Positions 25,580 through 37,990 of a stretch of 64,000 nt of DNA are shown here, one piece after another. The DNA lies in assembly GCF_001194135.2 (NCBI RefSeq), contig NC_068987.1, positions 66,220,609 through 66,284,608 on the forward strand. Reading direction: 5' to 3'. The position numbers and the translations under genes are program-made. Within the stretch, counting starts at the first letter, position 1. Each line of letters opens with the position of its first letter. A model generated the notes under the pieces. The model was not told the origin of the DNA. It ran no database searches and saw only the letters and a list, made by a program, of their open reading frames with translations. The DNA comes from Octopus bimaculoides (taxonomy: Eukaryota).

Positions 25580-26457
25580 CAAGTACTACCTTGGATTTAA
25601 ACGATTGTTTCTCGCCGCTAAATATCAAGCCTGCAGAGTTTAATGATCCTCTCGAGAACCCAGTTTTTGCAAAAACTCTTCACCAGGAGCTGCACAAAGC
25701 CGGATTTCAGAGGAGAGCTGCAATCAGAAAACCACTACATTCAAAAACAAACATTGCAAATAGTTTAGAGTGGAGTAAAATTCTGCTGAATTTGTCCCTA
25801 GAGCAGTGGAAGAATGTTATTTTCTCGGACGAGTCATCCTTTACCTTATTTCCTACCACCGACCAAGTATGCGTGTGGAGACAGTCAAAAGAAGCATTTG
25901 ACCCAGACTGACTTCTTCCAGCTGTTAAACATAGAGCGGGATCTGTGATGATCTAGAGGCTATAACTTGGAAATCCACCGGCCCAATGGTTTCCTATCAT
26001 GGCATAATTAATAGTCAAGACTATTTAAGCATTTCATTTAATCAAATTCATCCTATGGTTGCGGAACTGTTTCCGGAGGGAAACGCAATCTTTCAGGATG
26101 ATAATGCACCAATTCACACAGCTAAATTTGTTACTGAATGGCACGATGAACATTCTAGTGAAGTTGAACATCTTATCTGGCCACCACAGTCCATATATCT
26201 CAATATTATTGAACATTTATAGGGCATTTTAGAAAAACAAGCAAGGAGTCGATATCCTCCACCATCATCATAAAAAGAACTGGAAACTGTTTTCGCTGAA
26301 GAATGGAGAAAAATTCCTTTGGAAAAAATTCAAACTTTGTTCGAGTCCATACCTTGTAGAATTCAAGCAGTGATTACTGCCAAAGACGGTCCTACCCCAT
26401 ATTAAAATAAATTTGTTTGAAATTTTATGGTGTTTCCATTATTTTGTCCAGCTCCTG
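25580..26457 (+). mobile_element. Tc1-like (DD34E) transposon, 5'-truncated
   Basis: LHKAGFQRRAAIRKPL, WKNVIFSDESSFTLF, FQDDNAPIHTAK and WPPQSIYLNIIEHL. The right TIR (...ttttgtccagctcctg) is followed by TA. In-frame stops are present. Confidence 0.92.
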
Positions 26458-27769
26458 TATATATATATATATNNNNNNNNNNNNNNNNNNNNNNNNNNNN
26501 NNNNNNNNNNNNNNNNNNNNNNNNNNNNNNNNNNNNNNNNNNNNNNNNNNNNNNNNNNNNNNNNNNNNNNNNNNNNNNNNNNNNNNNNNNNNNNNNNNNN
26601 NNNNNNNNNNNNNNNNNNNNNNNNNNNNNNNNNNNNNNNNNNNNNNNNNNNNNNNNNNNNNNNNNNNNNNNNNNNNNNNNNNNNNNNNNNNNNNNNNNNN
26701 NNNNNNNNNNNNNNNNNNNNNNNNNNNNNNNNNNNNNNNNNNNNNNNNNNNNNNNNNNNNNNNNNNNNNNNNNNNNNNNNNNNNNNNNNNNNNNNNNNNN
26801 NNNNNNNNNNNNNNNNNNNNNNNNNNNNNNNNNNNNNNNNNNNNNNNNNNNNNNNNNNNNNNNNNNNNNNNNNNNNNNNNNNNNNNNNNNNNNNNNNNNN
26901 NNNNNNNNNNNNNNNNNNNNNNNNNNNNNNNNNNNNNNNNNNNNNNNNNNNNNNNNNNNNNNNNNNNNNNNNNNNNNNNNNNNNNNNNNNNNNNNNNNNN
27001 NNNNNNNNNNNNNNNNNNNNNNNNNNNNNNNNNNNNNNNNNNNNNNNNNNNNNNNNNNNNNNNNNNNNNNNNNNNNNNNNNNNNNNNNNNNNNNNNNNNN
27101 NNNNNNNNNNNNNNNNNNNNNNNNNNNNNNNNNNNNNNNNNNNNNNNNNNNNTATATATATAATAAAACGGAAGATGTGTGTGCGTGCGTGTGTACAGGC
27201 CCTTTTCTTCATCCCCCTTCAAATAAATATTTTTCATCGGATTTCGTTCACGCGAGGAACACATATCCGTTATGTGCCAGAGATGGTTGCAGACTCTTCC
27301 GATTTTCCACATAATGAGTAATGCCGCCCCTAGGGGACGAAAATACCTTCTCATAGGTAAATAACAAATACCAACTATCGTTGCTTCAAGGGACATTACT
27401 CTTGATGACGTAGTTATGCTAATTCCACTTCGTCTTCTACTACAGTTTTTACAATGCCCATTCACTGCCTACCGCTGATATTTGCACTTTAGCACTTCCG
27501 TGAGGTAGCCATTGGATTTAAATCACCTTTTTTTTATGTCTTCAGAAATTAATCTATATTATTTATATTCTCTGCTTTTACTCATACAAAGTTGTGTCAG
27601 TCATACAGTTTTACAATGCTCATTCACTACAAGCTGCCAATATTTGCACGTTAGCACGGGGCTGTTCTTGCACGTACAAAGGCAGCTACCAGAACTCTTA
27701 ACTACGACTTACTCAGTAAGCTACCTTCACAAGAACGTTGTTATAGATCAGTTGATACTGTACCGACCT

Positions 27770-28216
27770 CGATCAGGTTACACTTCCAACAGAATTTCTC
27801 AACTCCCACCATCCCCCAAGACTCCTTCTCCATGAACTTCACTTAAAATTCGGTTGCCTTATCTACGCAATCTAAAGGAGCCCACAAAAATGATGGACCA
27901 CGTCATTGAAGTCCAATATATCACGAGACACGGCAAAAACGATACCGTTTTTATTCCGAAAATTCCGCTAACCCCAAAAGACTGGCCCTACCGTATGCGG
28001 AGACTTCAGTTACTTCTCAAACTCAGCTTTGCAATGACAATTAACAAAGCACAAGATCAATCTCTGAAAGCTGTCGGATTGGACCTTCGAACGTCATGCT
28101 TTTCACAAGAACAGTTCTACGTCGGTTGTTCCAGAGTTGGCCATCCAGACATCTTATTCATCTATGCTCCTGAAGGAAAACCCAAAAATGTCGTCTACAA
28201 AGCAGCCCTAAAGTAG
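27770..28216 (+). mobile_element. Helitron helicase C-terminal relic
   Basis: LPTEFLNS..., LRNLKEP, VFIPKIPL, RRLQLLLKLSFAMTINKAQDQSLKAVGLDL...CFSQEQFYVGCSRV...KNVVYKAALK*. Confidence 0.9.
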
Positions 28217-28959
28217 TTACTCCTCAACTGCAATCTTCACATCTACACCAAACTGTAGCCGTAAGCAATCAGACCTCCTACAAGCACTCCATTGATATTT
28301 TGCCTCATTTCCATGATTTCTGTTAACAGTGCATTACCTTTATTAACCCTTCTTCCTTCACGCACGCTTCTAGCTCGTAAGCGTCTTCTGACATTTATTT
28401 TTTTACATGCTTATTATTCTATTTGTGTGTTTGCAATAAATGTTTGCTTTTGTTTATCATGCATGACTTTAATTGAAAACAAGCTTCAATGAGGTTATGT
28501 CAGGCATTACAAGTAAAATAACTACAAGGTACAAATTTCTTCAGGTAAGATATAGGATCCCTAATGCCTACTGAAATTGTGATCTCATTTCATGGACTTT
28601 CTTTTATTACTAATTTCCAAATTTGTGTTCAAAAAACATAATTCATTACCTAGGTTGCTTAATACCAAGTAATAAACTACTAACGAAATAGGTAATTATA
28701 CATTTTACGTTTATCAACTTGAAACGACTTCTAGCCGCGGGCTTATTCAACTTCAACCGTCCAAAGGAATGCGCCATCATAATAAATTACACCATCCATA
28801 GGACGGTTGCATTTGATAGAATATAACTATATCTATAATCTTTACTTTAGAGTACTATTGCTGAATGATTCCCGTCGAGAGATTTAGAAATAATACTCTT
28901 TCTATTTATTAGATCAGTGTTGTGTATCACTTTGAAAATTAAATATATTTTCAAAGAGG

Positions 28960-29210
28960 AATTTAGCAGCGCCATCTCTAACCCAGCAGTTATTCTGTGC
29001 CCAGGAAGAGAAATAACACAGATATTACTTTGTGCTGAGTGGGGATGCTAAACTCCCCCGTTCGAGAATATAAGGATACAGAGAGTGTGTCATATAGCCA
29101 GCTGGCGGTGAGGTTTCCTGGGGCTAAATAACAGCAACATTTGTCCCAAGCAGAACTGTTTAAGGGATTTGCATAAGAATATCAATTTGTGTAAACATAA
29201 AAAGGATATG
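28960..29210 (+). mobile_element. solo arm related to the 40951-41500 foldback element
   Basis: Aligns with 41265-41470 (cagcg.catct...tgtgctg.gtgg.g.tgct.aa.tcccc...gtgtc.tatagccagctgg...ggctaaataacag.aacatt.gtcccaa). Confidence 0.75.
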
Positions 29211-30228
29211 CCAAGTAATATCATCAACTCGACAGTCAGAGAAGTGTAAGGTTATAAAATGTTCTTAAAGTATTCGCAAATAACTAACTTAATTTTCAAA
29301 AATCTAGCTGTGATACAAATTTTCAATATAACAATTTGAAATAAGTGTATCAAAATTGTTTAGGAGCAACACTCTACCTAGTGTAAACCTTAAAAATTAA
29401 ACGGTGACCAAGTACAAATAATTTCAATTAGCAGATCATAATTTTTTATTTAAAATTATATTAAACTTCACATTATGAAAACGCAATTATAATTATAAAT
29501 ACATTATCGTTATCTTCTTTCTATCGTTAATTCCTTATTTGGAACCTAAAGAAAATAGGAAATTTTGTTTCCAAGCATCTTGAAATTAGTCTCTTAATAA
29601 AGTAATTTAAATATCTCTCTTCGAGTAATTATGCAAACTCTGCTCATGTGAATAGACATAACTGTTGCAAAAAAGAAATATATCGCTTAGAATATATTTA
29701 AACTTTCAATGTAAACTAGTCATTTCCAGTTACAAGACGGCAACAAAATGTACTTTAATATAATAATGGAAACTAAAGTCTATTTGTGCTATGCATAGAT
29801 CTTAACATTGATAAGTCGTTCAATAGTTTAATCACTCTTCTGGAATTTTTTGGAATTTTTCGGAAATTTTTGATCGTAACAATATTTCAGAAACTGATTA
29901 CCACATTATTAAACGAATGTTGTCTATCTTATATTGCATATAAAACTCATTTGCTTAATATACATTTACCAAGTGTGATGTATCGAAATTATATTATCAT
30001 CTTCTTTAATATCTAATGTATTATAGACTATGCGAATTTACTTCCTTTTTTTTTAGGTTGTTTCGTACTAATCGTGAGATGTTTTGTGTGTGTTTGCTTC
30101 GAGAAGTGTGTTTAAACTATTCCTAATATGATAAAAGCACCCATTGTCGAAATATATCTCAATTTTTACAGTAGATAAATGGACTTCTAAAGACGTCTCA
30201 TACATACATACATGCATACATGCATGCA

Positions 30229-30293
<65 letters not shown>

Positions 30294-30299
<6 letters not shown>

Positions 30300-31351
30300 A
30301 AGGGAAAGTTACTTGAGGTTGTCAATTCATTTGTCGACCTGGGAAGCTGTGTCAAAGATGATGGAAATATTGATACGGAAATACACCTGCGAATTCAAAG
30401 GACAGCAAAAGCATTTGGTGGCTTGGAGCCATACGTCTGGCGCCAGCGACATATAAATAACAGTACAAAGCTGGCTCTTTACAAATCATCTGTCTTACCA
30501 GCCCTATTGTATTCCTGTGAAACTTGGACTTGTTATGAAAAGCCTTTTAAACCGTTGGAACAATTCCACCAAAAATGCCTTCGTCATATTTTAAAAATAA
30601 AATGGAATTCTTTTACTCCAAACACAGATATCCTTGCATCTGCAGGCATCCCTTCAATTAAAGCTATGATTTTGAGGAACCGATCCAGATGGTGTGGCCA
30701 TACTGTTCGAATGACAGATGAACGCATGCCGAAACAGCTGTTTTATGGTGAGCTTGCAGAGGGGAAACGATATCGGCATAAACCTAAAAAAGGTTTAAAG
30801 ATGGCATGAGATCTACTATGACGTCTCTTGGAATGGTTCCAGAAGATATATAAACCCTCGCTTCAGTTCGAGTTGGATGGCGAACAAAAGTGTGGAATGG
30901 AATGAAAGCGTTTGAAGAGGCCACGATAACGCAAGCAAGACTCAAACGATATTTAAGGAAGAATGTAAAGATCGACAAGGTGAATGACAAGGACCTTTTT
31001 GTGTGCACAGTCTTTTGTGTGCCTGTCTTTGGCTGGCCTCAAATCTTACCAGCGAACTCATGGAAAACAAACTTCAACCTACTATTCTGACAATATGTCT
31101 GTGCACACGTTTCAATGTGGTGTATGCCAGAACGCTTGCAAATCCAATGGCGGTCTTAAAAGATATGTTAAGATCATCCACAATGAGCAGAACTTATCTG
31201 CAGGTATTGATAGTTCAAATCGGAGGTGCAATCTCTGTGGGTATTTTTTCAGAACATTGTCTGGTTTAAAAAGCCACATCAGACGCCATGAAGGGGCTAA
31301 GGTGTAGGTACAGGAGGTGGTCAAACTCTGCGTACAGAGTAGACAACCACC
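30294..31351 (+). mobile_element. RTE-clade LINE 3' fragment with three C-terminal C2H2 zinc fingers
   Basis: LEVVNSFVDLGS...RIQRTAKAFGGL...TKLALYKSSVLPALLYSCETWT...LEQFHQKCLRHILKIKW...RSRWCGHTVRMTDERMPKQLFYGEL..GKR...KPKK. After frameshifts come the C2H2 motifs. (TA)n flanks both sides. Confidence 0.93.
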
Positions 31352-31993
31352 ATATATATATATATATATANNNNNNNNNNNNNNNNNNNNNNNNNNNNNN
31401 NNNNNNNNNNNNNNNNNNNNNNNNNNNNNNNNNNNNNNNNNNNNNNNNNNNNNNNNNNNNNNNNNNNNNNNNNNNNNNNNNNNNNNNNNNNNNNNNNNNN
31501 NNNNNNNNNNNNNNNNNNNNNNNNNNNNNNNNNNNNNNNNNNNNNNNNNNNNNNNNNNNNNNNNNNNNNNNNNNNNNNNNNNNNNNNNNNNNNNNNNNNN
31601 NNNNNNNNNNNNNNNNNNNNNNNNNNNNNNNNNNNNNNNNNNNNNNNNNNNNNNNNNNNNNNNNNNNNNNNNNNNNNNNNNNNNNNNNNNNNNNNNNNNN
31701 NNNNNNNNNNNNNNNNNNNNNNNNNNNNNNNNNNNNNNNNNNNNNNNNNNNNNNNNNNNNNNNNNNNNNNNNNNNNNNNNNNNNNNNNNNNNNNNNNNNN
31801 NNNNNNNNNNNNNNNNNNNNNNNNNNNNNNNNNNNNNNNNNNNNNNNNNNNNNNNNNNNNNNNNNNNNNNNNNNNNNNNNNNNNNNNNNNNNNNNNNNNN
31901 NNNNNNNNNNNNNNNNNNNNNNNNNNNNNNNNNNNNNNNNNNNNNNNNNNNNNNNNNNNNNNNNNNNNNNNNNNNNNNNNNNNNNNNNNNNNN

Positions 31994-32026
<33 letters not shown>

Positions 32027-32368
32027 TATATATATACACTCATACGTCCACATTCATACATATCCACATACGTACCCACGCACATACAAATATACACATA
32101 TGTGTGCATGTCCCCATATACACATATGTATACATTTATATATACACATGTATAAATAGAAATAGACTCATACACATACACATAGCTATACATCTACGCC
32201 TATTACCTAATAAAATAAACAGATACGCATATACATATACATACATGTATACATACGTAAACACACGCATGCACAAACANNNNNNNNNNAATAAACAGAT
32301 ACGCATATACATATACATACATGTATACATACGTAAACACACGCATGCACAAACATACATACATACAA

Positions 32369-32421
<53 letters not shown>

Positions 32422-33643
32422 AGAAAAAGAACTCAAGTGTTTTCATATATACATACATACACATACCCATATACATATATCCACAAACCTACATATAGAA
32501 ATATGTACTTACATACAGAACCTAATAACGCATACATATNNNNNNNNNNGTGGACATACACACTCACATAAACTTGTATACACAATCATATAAACACATT
32601 TATATTTACACACACACAAACAACTAAATGTTTACTTATATTTTTTTAAAAATGAAAATACATCTACATAAATATGCTCCCATACTTATTCACAAGTACA
32701 CTCATATATGAATATATAAACAAACCTATGTGTTAATAAATACATTTTTACACAAAAATGTACATACATCCAAAGAATCATACGTAAATGCATATTTATA
32801 TATTTAAAAAAAATAATATTGATAAGAGTAAAAACATGGGTAAGAGTGAAAATATAAATGATAATGCGTATATGTACACAGAAAAATCAATTAAAACACC
32901 TCTATTTTATACAAAACCCTAAATATGTATACACAGACACACACACACACACANNNNNNNNNNNNNNNNNNNNNNNNNNNNNNNNNNNNNNNNNNNNNNN
33001 NNNNNNNNNNNNNNNNNNNNNNNNNNNNNNNNNNNNNNNNNNNNNNNNNNNNNNNNNNNNNNNNNNNNNNNNNNNNNNNNNNNNNNNNNNNNNNNNNNNN
33101 NNNNNNNNNNNNNNNNNNNNNNNNNNNNNNNNNNNNNNNNNNNNNNNNNNNNNNNNNNNNNNNNNNNNNNNNNNNNNNNNNNNNNNNNNNNNNNNNNNNN
33201 NNNNNNNNNNNNNNNNNNNNNNNNNNNNNNNNNNNNNNNNNNNNNNNNNNNNNNNNNNNNNNNNNNNNNNNNNNNNNNNNNNNNNNNNNNNNNNNNNNNN
33301 NNNNNNNNNNNNNNNNNNNNNNNNNNNNNNNNNNNNNNNNNNNNNNNNNNNNNNNNNNNNNNNNNNNNNNNNNNNNNNNNNNNNNNNNNNNNNNNNNNNN
33401 NNNNNNNNNNNNNNNNNNNNNNNNNNNNNNNNNNNNNNNNNNNNNNNNNNNNNNNNNNNNNNNNNNNNNNNNNNNNNNNNNNNNNNNNNNNNNNNNNNNN
33501 NNNNNNNNNNNNNNNNNNNNNNNNNNNNNNNNNNNNNNNNNNNNNNNNNNNNNNNNNNNNNNNNNNNNNNNNNNNNNNNNNNNNNNNNNNNNNNNNNNNN
33601 NNNNNNNNNNNNNNNNNNNNNNNNNNNNNNNNNNNNNNNNNNN

Positions 33644-34730
33644 CATTTTCACTTAAAAAACTAATTCTTTTGGAATTGACTTCTGAAATAATGATTTTGT
33701 TGTTATGACTATTACTATTATGTGTCGTGTTATTAATATTGTTCCCTATATTATTATTATTAGTGTTATTATTGTTATTTTGGTAAGGGTTAATAATGTT
33801 TGGTTCAAAGATATTACTGTTTGAACTCTCTAGTGGATGCAAAAGACTCATATTGTGTGCAGATATTATCTGTGAAATGTTCTTCATGTTAGAGAAACCG
33901 AATCTAACCTTGTGTGTATTTATGACTTGGGAGTAATGAGAGTGTTTAGGAAAGTTCTTATTTATAGCGTTTTGGAACTGGGATACCAAGTCTGATTTTA
34001 CATTTTTACTGAAAGGAAGAACTACCCAGACGTATTTATCGGGTTCTGGTTTAGAATGTTTTCCGGTATTGTTTATAAATAGTCTTAGTTTATTATTATC
34101 GTTGAGACAAGGTTTTATTTGACTTTTATTTCCCTTATTTCGTGAAAGGATGTTAATCTTGTTGTTATTGTTAGGTAATTTATGGTTGGGGTTATCTTCG
34201 TATTTATTGTTATTATTTACATTAAAAGCTTTATCATTATAACTATTGCTATTAAAAATATTATTATTAATATTATTACTCATATCGGTTTCATAATTAG
34301 AATCTATATAATTAACCTTTTTCTCTGTAACATGCTTTTGATAAAGCTAAATTGTAAAATTCAGCCTCCTTACTGAAGATGCATTCATTTGTAGAAAGAT
34401 TGGATAGTCTAAGAGAAATATTTTTAACCAAATTTCTCGTTACTGAATTTGGATGATTGCTGGATTTACTGATATATTTTAGGTTAGTGGAGGGTTTGTG
34501 TACGGGAAGAATGTTTTAGTGTGTAGATCTAAAGTGACGTCCAAGAAGTTAGCTATAGATGTTTCATCTTCAAATACTATACCAAAGCCCATTCTGCTAA
34601 AAAACCTAGCTAATTTATTTTTAACTTTTTGTATTTTTTGATTTGTGGTATTCTCTAAGTATAATAGACAATCGTCTCTGTATAGACCACCCTTAACATT
34701 TGGGAATTGGTCTTCTAATTCGCATAGAAT
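33644..34730 (-). mobile_element. Penelope-like element, RT core/thumb/linker fragment bounded by gaps
   Basis: KGGLYRDDCL...ANFLDVTLDLHTKTFFPY; after a frameshift, KYISKSSNHPNSV..NLVKNISLRLSNLS; then WVVLPFSKNVKSDL...INKNFPKH...VRFGFSNMKNISQIISAHN. Confidence 0.92.
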
Positions 34731-35556
34731 NNNNNNNNNNNNNNNNNNNNNNNNNNNNNNNNNNNNNNNNNNNNNNNNNNNNNNNNNNNNNNNNNNNNNN
34801 NNNNNNNNNNNNNNNNNNNNNNNNNNNNNNNNNNNNNNNNNNNNNNNNNNNNNNNNNNNNNNNNNNNNNNNNNNNNNNNNNNNNNNNNNNNNNNNNNNNN
34901 NNNNNNNNNNNNNNNNNNNNNNNNNNNNNNNNNNNNNNNNNNNNNNNNNNNNNNNNNNNNNNNNNNNNNNNNNNNNNNNNNNNNNNNNNNNNNNNNNNNN
35001 NNNNNNNNNNNNNNNNNNNNNNNNNNNNNNNNNNNNNNNNNNNNNNNNNNNNNNNNNNNNNNNNNNNNNNNNNNNNNNNNNNNNNNNNNNNNNNNNNNNN
35101 NNNNNNNNNNNNNNNNNNNNNNNNNNNNNNNNNNNNNNNNNNNNNNNNNNNNNNNNNNNNNNNNNNNNNNNNNNNNNNNNNNNNNNNNNNNNNNNNNNNN
35201 NNNNNNNNNNNNNNNNNNNNNNNNNNNNNNNNNNNNNNNNNNNNNNNNNNNNNNNNNNNNNNNNNNNNNNNNNNNNNNNNNNNNNNNNNNNNNNNNNNNN
35301 NNNNNNNNNNNNNNNNNNNNNNNNNNNNNNNNNNNNNNNNNNNNNNNNNNNNNNNNNNNNNNNNNNNNNNNNNNNNNNNNNNNNNNNNNNNNNNNNNNNN
35401 NNNNNNNNNNNNNNNNNNNNNNNNNNNNNNNNNNNNNNNNNNNNNNNNNNNNNNNNNNNNNNNNNNNNNNNNNNNNNNNNNNNNNNNNNNNNNNNNNNNN
35501 NNNNNNNNNNNNNNNNNNNNNNNNNNTATATATATATATATGTATGTATGTGTGTG

Positions 35557-35591
<35 letters not shown>

Positions 35592-36904
35592 GTGACATTG
35601 TAACTAATGTCGAAATGTGATAAACTGGTACCAAATGCATTTTTAATACTTGACATATCTCATATCTCTCGCAGGAACAAATTATATGTAAATGCTTAAA
35701 TATATTGCCTCATATAGCATTAATTCAATATCATTAATGCCTTAGTGGTTCTTTGATAGACATGAACACTCTGACATGAATATCTCTTCCCCATTTCATT
35801 TAGAAAATCATGTTTAATTGCCCAGAATTTTTTTCATTTGAATTAACATTAATGTAATTGCTGCTTATATTATAATAGTGCTAGGAATGTTACTTCCCCA
35901 TGGGAGCTTATAAGTAAAATGTTTATGTATGTTTTGATTACTTGTATTTAATTAATTTAATTGCATTCAAGAATATTGGTTAAACTTTGCTCAATTATTA
36001 TAGAAATCTCTCCGTTACAGAGAGACGAAAGAACTGAATATATGATTACCTCGAGGGGCTTGATTTCAATTCAGTAGTAGGTATCTCACAAAATATTTCA
36101 GGAGTAACATTAGGTAAATTGTTTGTAGCAATTAAATTCTTTTTATCCGGGTTTCATAACTGTAAAAATATTTCATATATTTCTAGCAGGGTATAAATAT
36201 AGAATTATCTATTTATGGCCATGCATATCGGTTTGTATTAAAATGGGACAGTATCTTAATAACACTCTTTGAATATAATAGAGGCAAATGCCTATCATCT
36301 GACCAGTGTGACAATATTTACTGTTCAGTATAAATATAAAAAAGACATTAGCTTGTGCTGTATTCTCGGTGCTAATAAATGCCCAAGCTCAATATTCTTA
36401 CTTTTCATTGTAAGTTGTGCTATCAAGAGCAGAACCAGAAGCAGATTTACTGCATGATTGCTAATTGTTAGTTCTTTTGTAGTTTGGACTTCAACTAAAC
36501 CCATGTATATAAGTTGGAGAAGTAAGATGTATTAAATTTTCTCTAGAGATTTGTATACACTGAGTCCTTAAAACTCGAGATGTATCTATTTGCAACTACT
36601 AGGAACTTATCAGATATAACAGCCAGTTAATCAACTGGAATGCTTCAGCGAATAATCATTATTCTTGCCGCTTCTTTGAGCTTTAGAAATATTTGCATAT
36701 TTTTCATTAATATCTTGTTCTTTAAAATTCATTTTCTTCAGTCTATTCTTAATATCATGTCTCCCATATTTAATATGAAACATATAAATACTGACGGCAT
36801 GATATCTGTCATAAATATTAATAAAAAAGACATTCTTCTTGGATGAACTAAACTCAATTGGAATTGTTTTTATAGATGATACTGATGTGTAATACCATTA
36901 TATA

Positions 36905-37110
36905 GAGTAAGGCGGTGAGTAAGAATTGTTAGCATGTCGGACAAAACGTTTAGCTGTATTTCATCCGTTCTGAGTTCAAATACCACCGAGATCAATTTTG
37001 CCTTTCATTCTTTCGAGTCGATAACATATGTGTCAGTCCAAGCACTGGAGTTGATGTTATCCTCTACTACACAATTTCAGTTATTATGCCTATATTCGAA
37101 ATGAGTGTTA
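36905..37110 (+). mobile_element. SINE family B
   Basis: Aligns with the reverse complement of 58140-58315 (agaattgtta...ggacaaaa...tccgttctgagt.ca.at.ccacc...tttc). Confidence 0.8.
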
Positions 37111-37829
37111 TTATAAACTATAAAGGGACATGGGACTATGGTTTACATGTGCGTATCGTTTAGGAGACGCAAAGAATGAATTAGCACATTGTTAAGTAAA
37201 TTAAATAAAATCTAAATTATTAGGTTATTTATTCTGGAGACGTGTGAAAATACGTGGCCCATTAGTTCAGAGATTCATCGTGCGGACGTGCGTTTATGAT
37301 CAGTATTGCGCTCAATTCCCTTTCCGAGTGGTGCGTTGTGACCCTTTTGAGCAAAGCATTTCACTTTACGTTGCTCTAGTTTACTCATCTGTAAGGGAGA
37401 TTCGATGCTCCCTATTTTTCTCCAGCCTTAATATCCTGGACGTGCAACTGGGTCAATTAGGTGGGGTTCGATAAAATACCTGTTTCTGCTGGCGCCTCCA
37501 TAGAGGCATAAAGAATTAGTGAAAACATAGTACATATTGGTATAACTTTGGCAGAAGGGAGGGTGGAGGTACGTCGATTACATCGAACACAGTGCTCAAC
37601 AGATATTTATTTCATCGACCTCTGCTGGATTTGCTCGAGAAACGCAAAGAAGGGCAAAATGCTGCTGAGCATTTTACCCGGCGTGCTACTGCTATTTTAC
37701 TGCATTTTACTGCCATCTCGTAGCCTTAAAAGCATAATACGTATTACACGGTCACGCTCGCTTGCAAGAGATGTGTGGCTTTAATGTACACTTCTGGCTG
37801 ACGTTGCCATTGAATAGTAAATTAGTAAT

Positions 37830-37990
37830 TATTGAATAGTCCCTTAACGAGATTCAGCGAATGTGTGAAGGCTGGCTCTTTGCAATACATGTAATAGTAT
37901 TTGCCAGCTGAAATAAAGCGTCTTGCTTAAGGAATCGAACTCATGACCTTACGATCTGGAGCTGAAAGCCCTAACCACAACCCACTCACC
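37830..37990 (-). mobile_element. tRNA-derived SINE head
   Basis: The reverse complement contains an A-box-like TGGTTAGGG and a B-box GTTCGATTCC, but no complete cloverleaf. Confidence 0.6.

Noticed and set aside
28759-28810. 9-bp inverted repeat caaccgtcc/ggacggttg
   Set aside because: An isolated 9-bp stem with a long loop is expected by chance several times in 64 kb.
32214-32352. About 65-bp exact duplication on both sides of a 10-N gap
   Set aside because: Typical unmerged contig overlap (assembly artefact).
34373-34420. Plus-strand hammerhead-like match CTGAAGA-TGCA/TGTA-GAAA with a plausible stem III
   Set aside because: It is antisense to conserved PLE RT coding sequence and stem I has a mismatch at the core; likely chance.
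37900-37990. Possible tRNA gene
   Set aside because: Only A/B-box-like motifs are present, with no acceptor stem or cloverleaf; better explained as a SINE head.
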